A stretch of DNA of 64,000 nucleotides from Octopus sinensis (Eukaryota). This document shows positions 1 to 12,930 of the stretch, piece after piece. Both the position numbers and the translations under genes were made by a program. The stretch is taken from assembly GCF_006345805.1 (NCBI RefSeq), contig NC_043009.1, forward strand, positions 47,678,001 through 47,742,000, given 5' to 3'. Position 1 is the stretch's first letter. Every line of letters starts with the position of its first letter. Below the pieces are notes generated by a model that searched no databases, was not told where the DNA came from, and was given only the letters and a program-made list of their open reading frames with translations.

Positions 1-182
1 AACAATACACACTGCTCTATGATGTTTTAATAATTCTGCTATCAAGTGTGTCTTCACGATGATGGCAGCAAACAAGCCATGAAGATTGCATCAGAGAGGG
101 GGGAGAGTCTCTATGAGGTTGTTCAACTTGCTAAAAGCAATATCCTATCTTTTGTTTTTTTCATCCTTTGGACTGTGGTATA

Positions 183-630
183 AAGAAGAGGAAGAGGAGG
201 GGAAGGGGAAGGAAGAGAAAGCAGAGGAAGAGGAGGAAAGGGAGGAGGGAGAGGAAGATGGGAAGGAGGATGAAGATGAGAAGGAAGGAGAGGGGAGAAG
301 AAGAGGAGGAAGACGGGGAGGAGGAGTATGAAGATTAGGAGAAAGGGGAGGGGGAGAAGCAGAAGGAAAGGAAAACAGGAGGAAGGGGAGGGGGAAAAGC
401 AGAAGGAAAGGAAGACAGGAGGAGGGAGAACGGGAATAGGAAGAGGAGGAGGAGGCAGAAGAGGAAGAGGAGGAGGCAGAAGAGGAAGAGGAGGAAGCAG
501 AGGAAGAAGGAAGAGGAAGCAGAGGAAGAAGGAAGAGGAAGCAGAGGAAGAAGGAAGAGGAAGCAGAGGAAGAAGGAAGAGGAAGCAGAGGAAGAAGGAA
601 GAGGAAGCAGAAGAAGAAGAAGAAGAAGAA
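183..630. repeat. GA-rich purine low-complexity tract with GAGGAAGCAGAGGAAGAAGGAA-type tandem units
   Basis: Almost pure A/G sequence; the E/G/R-rich and S-rich ORFs here are translations of the repeat. Confidence 0.95.
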
Positions 631-1193
631 AATATACTGCTTTAAAAAAGGAAAAAAAGTTGTATATAGTATTACATGATGTATAAAAAAGTCAGGGTGC
701 TCACAGCTAAAATACTGTTTGATCATAGGATTGCTTGATGAGGGCTGAGCTGGTGTTAAACAGCAATAGTGTATCCAAGAAGAATGACACCTGATTTAAC
801 TATGATCTATTTTTTTGCTTTAAAGCATTTCAAAACAAGTAAATCTAGAATTGTGTACAATGACCTCGAGATCAGTAAATCTGGTCCTGCCTACAATAAT
901 ATGTTTTTTGGTTTAACGCTCTGATGATTCTGTTTTCCTGATGAATGACATTATTTATACAAGCATTAATCACAATCATTAGTAATCAGCATTGTCATCA
1001 ATGCAAAAGAAGCAAATACTTGCTACCTTCTTTTGGCCATAGGTTCATTGGAAACTGATTCTAGTATTGATTAGAGCTGGTGCAATTAACATTTTTCTAG
1101 CTAGATACATTATCTAGGATTTACCACAGTGGTAACACATGTGGCTGGAGAAATGATAATAAGAATGAATATGAACAGAGAAGAGAGAACTAA

Positions 1194-1398
1194 GGCGGAG
1201 GTGTGGCTGTGTGGTAAGAAGCTTGCTTCTCAACCACATGGTTCCAGGTTCAGTCCCACTGCATGGCACCTTGGGCAAGTGCCTTCTACTATAGCCTCAG
1301 CCTGACGAAAAGCCTAGTAAGTGGATTTGGTAAACAGAAACTGAAAGAAGCCCATCATGTGTGTATGTGTATATATATATATATACATATATATATAC

Positions 1399-1447
<49 letters not shown>

Positions 1448-1628
1448 ATATATATAAGAGAAAAGAATCTATCAGAAAGGAACTCTATCTCTCTTAAAAA
1501 AATATCTTTTGATAAGCATAACAAATGCGCAACCGGTAAAAAGAACTTTCACCTAATTAAATACACTCTCCCTTACTTAAATTATTTTGTCAGCATTTTC
1601 TTCATTTCCTTTTTATATATATATATAA

Positions 1629-1680
<52 letters not shown>

Positions 1681-1890
1681 TTTTGTGTTTGTGTTTGTCC
1701 CCCCATCACTATTTGACAACTGGTGTTGTTGTGTTTGCATCCTCATAACTTAGCGGCTCAGCAAAAGACATTGATAGAATAAGTACTAGGCTTAAGAAAT
1801 AAGTCCTGGGGTTGATTTGTTCGACTAAAAACCCTTCAAGACAGTGCTCCAGAATGGCTGCAGCCAAATGAGTGAAGCAGGTAAAAGAAT
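1194..1890 (+). mobile_element. SINE family A (tRNA-derived head, CORE-like motif, internal microsatellite), with a ~160-bp insert in its (TA)n
   Basis: Head GGCTGTGTGGTAAG..GGTTCAGTCCC (pol III A/B box-like), GGCACCTTGGGCAAGT, 3' GTAAAAGA tail; matches many other copies in the window. Confidence 0.9.
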
Positions 1891-2298
1891 ACCTACAAAC
1901 AAACAAAAGAAAATGTCCAGTGGACTACAATGAGTTTTACATGTTTTAAGTTATGACTTCAGATAGGAAGAAGCAATCAAAAGCAATATAAAGACAGACA
2001 GACTGAGAAATTCTATCATATTGTAAACATGGGTGTGTGGTTAAGAAGGTCACCATGTGTTTCAGGTTCAATCCCACTGCATTGCCTCTTAGGTATGTGT
2101 CTTTTATTGTAGCTTCATGACTGGAATTTGGAAGACAAGATCTTTGCAGAAACTAGATATCACCCCTCCTCACACTCTCTCCCCCCTCTCTCTCATACAC
2201 ACATTAACTTTTACAAGGAGAAGGTTGACAGTAACTTCAAAGTTTTGGCTTGCTCACCTTCATCAAACATAATACATACATATGTATGTAAATATGTG

Positions 2299-2529
2299 TT
2301 TCTTTATTACCCACAAGGGGCTAAACATAGAGGGGACAAACAAGGACAGACAAATGGATTAAGTCGATTACATCGACCCCAGTGCATAACTGGTACTTAA
2401 TTTATCAACCCCGAAAGGATGAAAGGCAAAGTCGACCTCGGTGGAATTGGAACTCAGAACGTAGCTGCAGACGAAATACGGCTACACATTTCGCCCGGCG
2501 TGCTAATGATTCTGCCAGCTCATTGCCTT
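2299..2529 (-). mobile_element. SINE family B, full length
   Basis: Reverse complement of the GGCGAGCTGGCAGAA..GAGTTCAAATTCC..GCCTTTCATCCTTTCGGGGTCGATAAA..AAAGAAA consensus; flanked by a direct repeat ATATGTATGTAAATATG (2280-2296 / 2534-2550). Confidence 0.9.
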
Positions 2530-3384
2530 TTAAATATGTATGTAAATATGAGTTTGTTCATGTATGTGTTTAGTTTTTGTGATTCATATGGTACTATTTA
2601 AAAAGAAATTGTGTTGCATGTTAAAGAAAATCAATGATGAACTAAAAATCACAACTTTGCAATTTGATAAAATATTGATGGAATAACAAAATGGAAATAG
2701 CATTGATTGGTGGTCTGCATGACAAGGCTTAATCAAAGGCTAAGCAACATATCTAAGAGATACAAGTGGTTACTGCATGGCATTTAATGAAAAGACAGAA
2801 GTAGTTGATCATAATGCAAGGATTGCAAAATGTTAACAAATAAAAAAGAAGATACTATTACATGTAGCATTATCATTTGTGCTGCCATATATGAAATGTA
2901 TGTAAATATTGATTTCATACACAGGAACAAGCCTTCCATGGGGAGATGGATACAGTCAATTAAATCACCGCAAGAAAAGATTGACTGGTACTTTAATATT
3001 TTATTAGCCTCAGGAAATGACCATACCAGGATGTGAACTCAGAATGCATAAGAGTTGTAACTAAATACAGCTCAGATATAACTGAATGAAATATATAGGT
3101 ATGGAAACATAAGCTGAAATGATTTTACAAAAGAATGATTATAACATGGGATATGAATTGTCAGCTTCTGACAGCAACCTTGCAATCATAAGGAATAAGT
3201 CCTGAACTTCATAATTCCTTAAGGATATTTTAATGAGGAGTTCTGAAAGCCAAATCATGATGGGCTCTCACTCTTATTTTGAATTTCTATTACTGAGAAA
3301 ATTGCTTGACAGGTATAAAATTATGATTTTATATGTTACACATGACATGAATACTGAAGAGATGTTATGAACCAAAGAGGAATC

Positions 3385-3740
3385 TTCATCATCATCATCA
3401 TCATCATCGTTTAACGTCCGTTTTCTGCACTAGCACAGGTTCTGCACCATTATGTGTTCTGCAAGAAATAGCAACTAAATCTTTCTCAAATCATGGCTTT
3501 CAATGTATATTGGCAATGGACATAATCAATCATCATTTGACATGTTTTTCATGCTGGCATGGGTTGGACAGTTTGAATGGAGCTGACAAGCCGGAGAACT
3601 GCACTAGGCTCCAGTCATCTGTTGTGGCTTGGTTTCTACAGCTGGATACCCTTCCTAACACCAATCACTTTACAGAGTGTACTGGGTGTTCTTTACATGG
3701 TACTAGCACAGGTGCATTTTATGTGGCACTGGCAACTGCA
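3385..3740 (-). mobile_element. Family D retroposon fragments, (GAT)n tail
   Basis: (CAT)n-CGTTTAACGTCCG and CATGCTGGCATGGGTTGGAC..GCTGGATACCCTTCCTAAC, shared with 23775-24140 and 51398-51567. Confidence 0.75.
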
Positions 3741-4754
3741 GGGTTGCCAAGTATCTCACAAGACAATGACCTCTTAATTGAGAGAGGTTGTAGAACTGAG
3801 GGAAGTGGCTGTGTGGTGAAAATCCAATATTTTTTGAATGAAGTCCACCAAATTAAAAGCTCTTTATCAAAAATTCAGTGAACTTGTAATTGGTTTCTCA
3901 GAAAACTGTAACTGATGCTACTATTGTTTGCAAACTGAGGTATAAAATAGACAGAATAAAAAGAAAGAATATGAGAACCTTATAAAACATTACAAAAAAT
4001 AACTATATTCCTCCTGTCAATAAGTGTTCTTCCTAATCTATTAAAACTGATGGATGCCATATACATATTTATAAATATAATGTATTTCTATATCTATACA
4101 TATATACACATTTTTGTATTTATGTGCATTGTGTTTATGTGTGTGTCTGTGCCTTTTATACCACAACTGCAGTTAAACATAATCTAAGCTTCACTTCACA
4201 ATACACTGTTCATGGAATGAATAATCCACCACCCAACAAGAAGCAATAAATATACTGAATCACTGCTTCAGAAATAATGTGAAACACCTCCACCATGTGA
4301 ACGTGATGCCTACAATCTTTTCAGTCCATAATGCTGTAGAATGAACAATATATATTTTGAAAGATCTTTTATCTGTGTGTCTCACAACAGGATTTCAAAC
4401 ATTGTCCACAAAGATCACTAGAAGTCAACAAAGAAGAAAATCTCTAAGGTAAACTAGCTCTTTATGCAAGACAATGAAATAAAACTGAAACATTTCTTTG
4501 TCAACAATACGAAATATATGCATTAAACATATCCCAGAAAAAGACAACTAAAGTTTTTTTTTAATTTTTCACAGGATGGGTTTGTTTTTATGAGACATTA
4601 AAGAACAAATTACTTAAAGCAAATAAACAAACTAAAACTAAAACAAAGGAATCCTGTAAGAATGTCTTTCACAGGAATCAGAAATAAAAGAAAATATTCT
4701 GATAAAGAGGAGGAAGCCATACAGAAAACCACAAAGGTTAAAAAAAACTGTTGT

Positions 4755-5175
4755 CTTATTTCTTTATTGCCCACAAGGGGCTAAACATAGATGGGACAGT
4801 CAAGGACAGACAAAGGTATTAAGTCAATTAGATCGACCCCAGTGCGTAACTGGTATTTAATTTATCGACCCCGAAAGGATGAAAGGCAAAGTCAACCTCG
4901 GCGGAATTTGAACTCAGAACGTAATGGCAGATGAAATACCCATTTCTTTATTACCCACAAGGGGTTAAACATAGAAGGGACAAACAAGGACAGACATAGG
5001 TATTAAGTCGATTACATCGACCCCAGTGCGTAACTGGTAATTTATCGACCCCGAAAGGATGAAAGGTGAAGTCGACCTCGGCGGAATTTGAACTCACAAC
5101 GTAACGGCAGACGAAATACCGCTAAGCATTTCGCCCGATGTGCTAACGTTTCTGCCAGCTCTAAGCATTTTGCAC
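4755..5175 (-). mobile_element. Nested SINE B (one copy inserted in another at the GGTATTTC site)
   Basis: Two B bodies joined at 4940/4941; a remnant of the outer 5' end (CTAAGCATTTTG) follows at 5161. Confidence 0.85.
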
Positions 5176-5288
5176 AGTGACTTGAGGCATGGAGCAAACT
5201 GAGGAGTTGCCAAGGGAACTTATAGACTTAGGAACCCATTTCTGATCTATATAAGCTGTGGTTTGCTGTTAATATAGAGGACCCAGTG

Positions 5289-5610
5289 TGTGAAGGTGTA
5301 TAGCTTAGTGGTTACGGTATTCAGCTTATGATTCTACTGTCAAGAGTTCAATTCCCAGTGATGCATTGTGACCTTGAGCAAGACACTTTATTTCAAGTTG
5401 TTCCAGTCCACACATCTGGCAAAAACGAGTAGTACCTGTATTCCAAAGGGCCAGCCTTGCCACACTCTGTGTCATGCTGAATCTCCTTGAGAATTACTTT
5501 AAGGGTGCATGTATCTGTGGAGTGCTCGGCCACATGCATGTTAACTTCAAAAGCAGGCAGTTCTGAAGATCGGTTCAACTGGAAACCTCATTGTGATAAC
5601 CAATGGAATT
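5289..5610 (+). mobile_element. SINE family C (tRNA-derived)
   Basis: GTGAAGGTGTATAGCTTAGTGGTTA..GAGTTCAATTCCC..CCTTGAGCAAGACACTT; homologous to 34744-35090 and 55281-55615. Confidence 0.8.
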
Positions 5611-6573
5611 CCAATACAGAACCCAGTAGATTTATTTGCTTGGGGACCTATAATGATGTGGAGATGGCCCTGCACCAACCCTCAAGCGTTCTACAGTTTA
5701 GCAAAAAAAAAAAAAAAAAGGAAACTTTAGTACAATATAAAATAGGGTTATTGTTTGAAGGTGGTGGGGATCATTGATTGTAAATCCACTCAGTATCTAA
5801 CTGTAGAGAGAGTGAGATACTAAATGAACACATCTCTTGGATCTGAGTTCAAACCTATCCTAGATGATTTTATTCCTCATTTCACAGGGGTTGATAAATA
5901 TATACTAGTAATATATTATGCTACATTCAATAAACTATATCCTAGCATTAGAAAAATTGACTCTGTATCAATAATAACATTTAATTGAATTTTTGTAATA
6001 TAAAATACTGGACTGGATTCTTGAATGCAAATAATTCAATGGAAGCTGTTGTTAATTTAGATCTTACCGAGGTATACTCTACCTATCATTCTTATTGAAC
6101 AGCATGTATTTCAATCAACTCTATTCTTCTTCAAATAAGTATTGATCATACCATATAATCAAAAGAATTCAATATTTGTAAATCCTAAAACTATAAGGAT
6201 ATGAAAACATGGAATGATGATGTGTTAGAGTGGGAGAAAAAGAGAGTAAATATCATATTTACCAATTTACCATGACCAAATTAATCTAGTGAAATATATT
6301 AATGTTTTCCAACTTACTGTAATGGTAGATATAAAATTGAAACTCCTCTTAGAAATTAATAAATTCCTTTATTATTTTATTTTATTCTTATAAAAATTTT
6401 TCTTCTGTTTTTGCTTTTCTTTTGTTGGTGGTGATGATGGATGGATAACAGCAAGGTAAAATATCCAAAGTATTTTTAATCTATTCAGAAATATATACAT
6501 ATATATATATATAATATATATATATACATATATATACATGTATATATACATATATATATTACATACATACATA

Positions 6574-6604
<31 letters not shown>

Positions 6605-6605
6605 G

Positions 6606-6687
6606 ATTTTTGACTATTTATTAAATTTTATGTATTGATTAAGTCTTTCCTTGTTTGTTTTGCAAAATAGTGGTTTTGTCTCAAATA

Positions 6688-6690
<3 letters not shown>
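6606..6690 (-). mobile_element. ~85-bp repeat fragment embedded in (TA)n; second copy in opposite orientation at 41147-41230
   Basis: TTAAATTTTATGTATTGATTAAGTCTTTCCTTGTTTGTTTTGCAAAATAGTGGTTTTGTCTC is the reverse complement of 41151-41213. Confidence 0.8.
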
Positions 6691-6753
<63 letters not shown>

Positions 6754-7515
6754 TATATACACACACACATATATATACATAGATATATATACATATATAT
6801 ATAAAGTAGGAGCTGAATCGCACAGTTGTTTCCAATTAAAATTGTGAAGTGAGGAATAGAGAGATGAAGAGATAATTTCATACTATATTGAGAAAAATTA
6901 ATAATCTTGGAATAAAACTCTATTAGGAAAAGCTGCTGGACAGAATTAGGTGAATGAGTAGGCAACTATTACGTGTGAAAGTAAGAGTTAAGTGAAGTAA
7001 CAATTTAGTTGGTATGGTTTTGTTTAATCAGTTACTAATGAGGCCTATTAGAAACTGGAGCAATATATTACATATTCACCTCTGGGTTACTTTCGCTAAA
7101 AAGTCTACTCATTATAGACAGAGGTACCTTTAAGACATTTCAGGTTTATTAACTCACACTGAAATTTCAGTGTTAGATAACTTTAGAGACAACAGGTAGC
7201 AGTTTTGACTGATTGATTACAGGAATGGGAAATATATCAAAACTAAACTACTAACTAGGCACTGAACTAACTCAACATTGCAACCCAAGCTTTATACTCA
7301 CTGACTAAATAATTGCACTTGTAAGATAAACACTGTGGTTTCATCACATAGGAGATAAAAATTAGTGTGAATAAATTTATATACACATACACCCACACAT
7401 TTGTATGGGTATATTAAGTTTCAAATATTTAAAAATAATTTATGTGAATAAATTTTTATACACATACACTGAAACATCTGAATGAATATGTAAAGTTGAA
7501 AATATTTTTAAAAGT

Positions 7516-7526
7516 ACATGTATGTA

Positions 7527-7579
<53 letters not shown>

Positions 7580-7817
7580 ATGTATGTATGTATGTATGTG
7601 TGTGTGTGTGTATGTATGTATGTTGTATGTATGATGTATGTATGTATGTATGTATGTATGTATGTATGTATGTATGTGAGTATGTATGTATGTAGGTATG
7701 TATGCATGAATGAATGTATATATGTATATATGTATAGATGTATGTATATGTGTATGTATGTGTGTGTATGAATATATGTATATGTATATATATGTGTATG
7801 TTGAACTACAATACTCT

Positions 7818-7863
<46 letters not shown>
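7516..7863. repeat. Compound (TATG)n/(TG)n/(TA)n microsatellite
   Basis: Directly visible. Confidence 0.95.
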
Positions 7864-7869
<6 letters not shown>

Positions 7870-8087
7870 TTATCTCTCCTGGTACTGTATGAACATTTAA
7901 TGTGGTTTTAGAGTCAAGTTTTGGCTGCTATTTCCAGCATGATGGTATCTCTCAGATACCCTAAATTATAATTTTGATAATAATTATTACCTTTGAAGGT
8001 TTTTATTCCAATGCTGGCCACTTGATAAGATCGGTATTTAAATAATGATCTTATCCTTATTTATATAAATATATACATATACATATA

Positions 8088-8443
8088 CTCTCTTTTACTC
8101 TCTTTTACTTGCTTCAGTCATTTGACTGCGGCCATGCTGGAGCACCGCCTTTAATCGAGAAACTCGACCACGGGACTTATTCTTTGTAAGCCCAGTACTT
8201 ATTCTATCGGTCTCTTTTGCCGAATCACTAAGTGACGGGGACATAAACACATAAAAATACACGCACATATATATATATATATATACGATGGGCTTCTTTC
8301 AGTTTCCGTCTACCAAATCACAAGGCTTTGGTCGGCCCAAGGCTATAGTAGAAGACACTTGCCCAAGGTGCCACGCAGTGGGACTGAACCCGGAACCATG
8401 TGATTGGTAAGCAAGCTACTTACCACACAGCCACTCCTGCGCC

Positions 8444-8445
<2 letters not shown>
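8088..8445 (-). mobile_element. SINE family A, near full length
   Basis: Reverse complement of the family A consensus, including head CTTACCACACAGCCACTCCTGCGCCT. Confidence 0.9.
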
Positions 8446-8485
<40 letters not shown>

Positions 8486-9106
8486 TGTACTTGCATAGCA
8501 AGTGATTTGATCTAAGATTGTGTGCTGGAACGAAAACAATTGCAGCGTGGAAGGTGTTTGTAAGCCATTTAAGAAACACACAAAAGCCGTTCAATCCACT
8601 TCAACATTTAAGTTTAATTTGTCAAAATATTTTTACAAACACCTTCCACGCTGCAATTGTATAAATATACATAAATATATATATAGTATTAATCAGTAGT
8701 TAGAGATTAACAATATAATATAAATACACACACACACACCAACACAATATACAATAAAAATGAGTATACCATCTGTAAGGTTGACATAATTGACTACCCC
8801 ACCACCACCACCACCACTAAAATTACTGGCCTTGTGTCGAAATTTGAAATCGTTATTAGATATGTCCTACAAAATAAAAGTGTAGGACAGGAAAATCAGG
8901 GGGATTTGAGTGTTTTTCTAGCTGGTCATTAGAAATACAAGAGAAAGATTACTTCTAAGCAGTTCCTACCAATTATGCACACACCCTTCCAATGTTCTGA
9001 CATATTTATAATTTTCAGAACATCATCTCACAGAAATTGAAACAGCAAATAAATCAAAATCTTCATTAGCCCCTGAAAAACATACTGGAATGCACAGCAT
9101 AAATAA

Positions 9107-9410
9107 TACTATAGCCTCGGGCCGATCAAAGCCTTGTGAGTGGATTTGGTAGACGGAAACTGAAAGAAGCCCGTCATATATGTGTGTGTGTGTGCGTTTG
9201 TGTGTCTGTTTGTCCCCCCACCCCAACATCGCTTGACAATCGATGCTGGTGTGTATACGTCCCCGTAACTTAGCGGTTCAGCAAAAGAGACGATAGAATA
9301 AATACTAGGCTTACAAAGAATAAGTCCTGGGGTTGATTTGCTCGATTAAAGGCAGTGCTCCAGCATAGCCACAGTCAAATGACTGAAACAACTAAATGAG
9401 AGTAAAAGAG
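9107..9410 (+). mobile_element. SINE family A, 5'-truncated
   Basis: TACTATAGCCTCGGGCCGATCAAAGCCTTGTGAGTGG..GTAAAAGAG. Confidence 0.85.
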
Positions 9411-9515
9411 TGAAAAAAAGTATAGTAAATCAAAAAGAAATTAAGAAAAAAACAAAAACACGAAGATGTGGTAAATGCAAAGTATTAGCAGATGCTCGGG
9501 GAAGGAAGGAAAGGT

Positions 9516-9551
9516 GGTTTTACATTTCAATCAAAGCTCTTCATCAGGAAC
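9516..9551 (-). ncRNA. Minimal hammerhead ribozyme-like motif within a ~180-bp repeat (9460-9630)
   Basis: Minus strand CC-CTGATGA-AGAGCTTTGATT-GAAA-TGTA-AAACC; same repeat family as 21560-21735; stems partly decayed. Confidence 0.5.
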
Positions 9552-9862
9552 AAGAGATGGAGGAAAGTCCAAGACAAAAAGGAAGATGGACGAAAAAAAA
9601 ACGCCAACAATTCACATGTGGTTACATTGGATTCTGTATCTTCACATGAAAGCATTGAACAAAAACTAGGGACTATCAACTGTTGCTACCCTAAAGCTCT
9701 ACTGTAATGATTATGCCCTTTCCTTTTACAGAATGTTAGCCCTCTGAAATTCCTTTCCTGCTTATGTTTTTCCTAGATACACCAACTTGCAATCATTCAT
9801 TATCTTACCATTTTTGCAAAAATCCAATGGGTGCCATCTCTTTGCCTTCATCCCTTTCTACA

Positions 9863-10086
9863 AGGCAGAATCGTTAGTACGCCGGACGAAATGCTTACCT
9901 GTATTTCGTCTGCCGTTACGTTCTGTGTTCGAATTCCGCTGACGTCGACTTTGCCTTTCATCCTTTTGGGGTCGATAAATTAAGTACCAGTTACGCACTG
10001 GGGTCGATGTAATCGACTTAATCCGTTTGTCTGTCCTTGTTTGTCCCCCTCTATGTTTAGCCCCTTGTGGGCAATAAAGAAATAAG
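9863..10086 (+). mobile_element. SINE family B
   Basis: Consensus body, tail CAATAAAGAAATAAG. Confidence 0.9.
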
Positions 10087-11131
10087 AATTGTCCAAATCC
10101 AGATGCTAATCACAATATGCTTTTTAGAGGCAAGAGAACCCAAGTAGGTAGCAGTTTTATTTTCTACTTTCCTTAAGGTACTCAGCTACTGCAAAAATAT
10201 TTATTATTGAATACCATGTATATTTGTAGACATAACTAAGAGACAGAAAGAAAGTAACACAGAAGTAAATATTAATTTGGGTAAAGTAGAAGTGCTTGTA
10301 TGAGTTGTCCAAGTGAAGTCGTCATCAGCTTATTGAAATGCTGTACATAGCAACGAGATTACTGCTTTAGCTTTATTGTTCCACCTTAACTACGTAACAC
10401 TTGATCTTTACAACAAGCTTTATCATTACAACTCCTTTTGTGCTTACAATTTACTCTACTAGATTTCAAACAGCAAAGAGAGAAAGTCGATCTTAGTTTA
10501 ATATTATCTTAACTGAAAGCTAACTCATTACTTCCTTCCAAAGCAATCCAGCAGAACAGACAGAAAAAGAACCAACAACAACAACACAAAATGAAAACAA
10601 TTTGCAATCCTTAATAACAACGAGAGATCAATAAGAGATCCTCACAGTTGTTCAATTAATAGCTGTGTACAGAAAAGCAAATAAGCATGATACTATTTAA
10701 ACCATTTAGATAAGTGACTCCCAAATAACAATACATGGTGACACACAGATGAGCTGCAAGATGTTGCTAGGTGCTGCACAAAAAAAAAAAAACCTATGAA
10801 AATATCAAAAAAAAACCCTACATTTCTGAAAAATGTGTAAAACAAAAAAAAAAGCAAAAAAAAACCCAGAAACTCTTAATATAAAGTCATGGTAACTTTG
10901 CTTTATTTACTGAAGGAAGTAAGTACTTGAAAATAAAAAAAAAATTCTCTAGTTTAAATTGCTTGTATTTATAGGCTAAAATACAATAAATAAATACAAT
11001 TTTTAATATATATTTAAAAAAAAAATTTCATGCACAAATTACACCAAAATATTCTTATTTGCTCTGAAGTGTGTCAAAAATGAACAAAAAATAGCAGATG
11101 TTGATGGGCCTGGATATTTTTCTTCATATCT

Positions 11132-11191
<60 letters not shown>

Positions 11192-11340
11192 TGACAGAAT
11201 ATAGAAGAAACATGAAGGTATTCTAGGATAAAAATGTAGACAGTTGGATAGTTTAGTGATGTACTAATATGGGTCATTTGGCTGATAAATAGGTCATATA
11301 AACTTTTTGTAGGCTACAGTGTCATCTGAGTATATATGTA

Positions 11341-11423
<83 letters not shown>

Positions 11424-11544
11424 TATAGGAAACTCAATAATAACAGACTAAGTGCAAGACACCAGGAATTAGGAAGCCATTAAATTGTACATTTTATTGA
11501 CCGCATTAACTTTTTTATTATAATTTGAGTCAAATAGGTTTAAG

Positions 11545-11642
11545 CAAGGCTGTGTGGTAAGAAGTTTACTTCCCAAATAAATGGTTCTGTGTTCAGTCCC
11601 AATGAGTGGCACCTGAAGTAAATGTCTTCCACTATAACTCCT

Positions 11643-11682
<40 letters not shown>

Positions 11683-12070
11683 GAGGACATTATTACACAT
11701 AAATGCCACACGCTAGGAGGGACTTTCAAAGTCATTACTACCAAAAATAAACGAATCGTACTGAATGCAGCTCTCGAAGCAAGACATTTAAAAACAGAAT
11801 TTAGTTCCAGATCACCTGTGATTTCGCAATTAACGTATTATCTACGTCTTTGTTCATCAGTGAAATGAATTCAAAACATATCAAGAATGAACAAAACCAA
11901 CATACCCGGCAGAACCAAACAGATAACCGTCGCCTCCATTATATATATATATATATATATATATATCAATGAGTGTGTATCTGAGTTTGTCCCCACTGCT
12001 TGACAACCAATGATGGTCTGTTCACAAACTTTTAACTTAGCAGTTCAGCATAAGACATTGTAAAATAGGA
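11545..12070 (+). mobile_element. SINE family A split by a ~260-bp insertion (11680-11940) inside its (TA)n
   Basis: Head at 11545-11645; 3' half (TTTGTCCCC..TTGACAACC..AACTTAGCAGTTCAGCA) resumes after 11965. Confidence 0.75.
11805..11865 (-). ncRNA. Type I hammerhead ribozyme
   Basis: Minus strand TTTCA-CTGATGA-ACAA..ACGTA..TACGT..TTGC-GAAA-TCAC-AG-GTGA-TC-TGGAA: intact CUGAUGA and GAAA cores, stems I, II and III all pair, AUC cleavage triplet. Confidence 0.75.
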
Positions 12071-12074
12071 ATCA

Positions 12075-12112
12075 AAGGGGTCCACAGGCAAAAAAATAGT
12101 TGAGAGACACTG
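12075..12112. mobile_element. hAT (Charlie-like) terminal fragment
   Basis: GTTGAGAGACACTG end followed by CCCTAGAG, similar to the TIR and target of the MITE at 47585. Confidence 0.45.
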
Positions 12113-12649
12113 CCCTAGAGCTTCTTTCTACCAATATCAAAATAGGGGTTATGCATTGCTGGTATAAATAATGTTAATTTATCACTTTCAGAAGAGAATC
12201 AAAGATAACTGCATTTAGTGTAGTCAAGAAACATCATATTAACCACTGTTTCCCTAATACCATGAACAGTAATTCCACATAGTAGCTAATACAATAACTT
12301 GTTGCCACTCTGCCTGCTAGAAATAGCAGCCAAATTTCTCTCAGATTACAGATTACCATCTTAAAAAGACGTACACATCAGATGAAGTGGCTAAAGTTTC
12401 ACTGTATCTTGGAAAAAAGTGGGATAGTCACATAGAAAGCTTCAATAATGACGGAAATAGGTTAGGGTATGCAGAGAATGGTACTCTCCTACTTGTCAGC
12501 TCATACAAGGGTGGGTGCTTTTAATGTTTAACCCCATTCCTTTCTAATCGCAGGCTTATGGACCTTAGCACACCCTTGGCACTAAAACCTATCTTCCTCA
12601 CTATTTTCAGCCGTGTGTACTTAACTGTAACTGAGTTGGAATTAAAGAA

Positions 12650-12892
12650 CTGACACTGTCGTCGGTTATGACAATGAATGTTCCAGTTGATATGATCAAT
12701 GGAAAAGCCTACTCTTGATATTAATGTACATAGGCACAAGCATGGCTGTGCAGTAAGAAGCTTGCTTCCCAACCACATGGTTCTGGGTTCAGTCCCACTG
12801 CATGGAACCTGGGGCAAATGTCTTTTTCTATAGCCTCAGGCTGACCAAAGCCTTGTGAATAGTTTTAGTAGACAGAAACTGAAAGAAGCATG

Positions 12893-12930
<38 letters not shown>

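Noticed and set aside
86-726. E/R/G-rich and S-rich ORFs (81-193 aa)
   Set aside because: Translations of a GA-rich low-complexity tract, open in several frames; no splice or homology evidence
7030-7065. CTAATGAGGCCTATTAGAAAC hammerhead-like string; also CTGATGA at 921, 938 and 57619, and CTGAAGAG at 54597
   Set aside because: Core mutated, or no properly placed GAAA with pairing stems; not supportable
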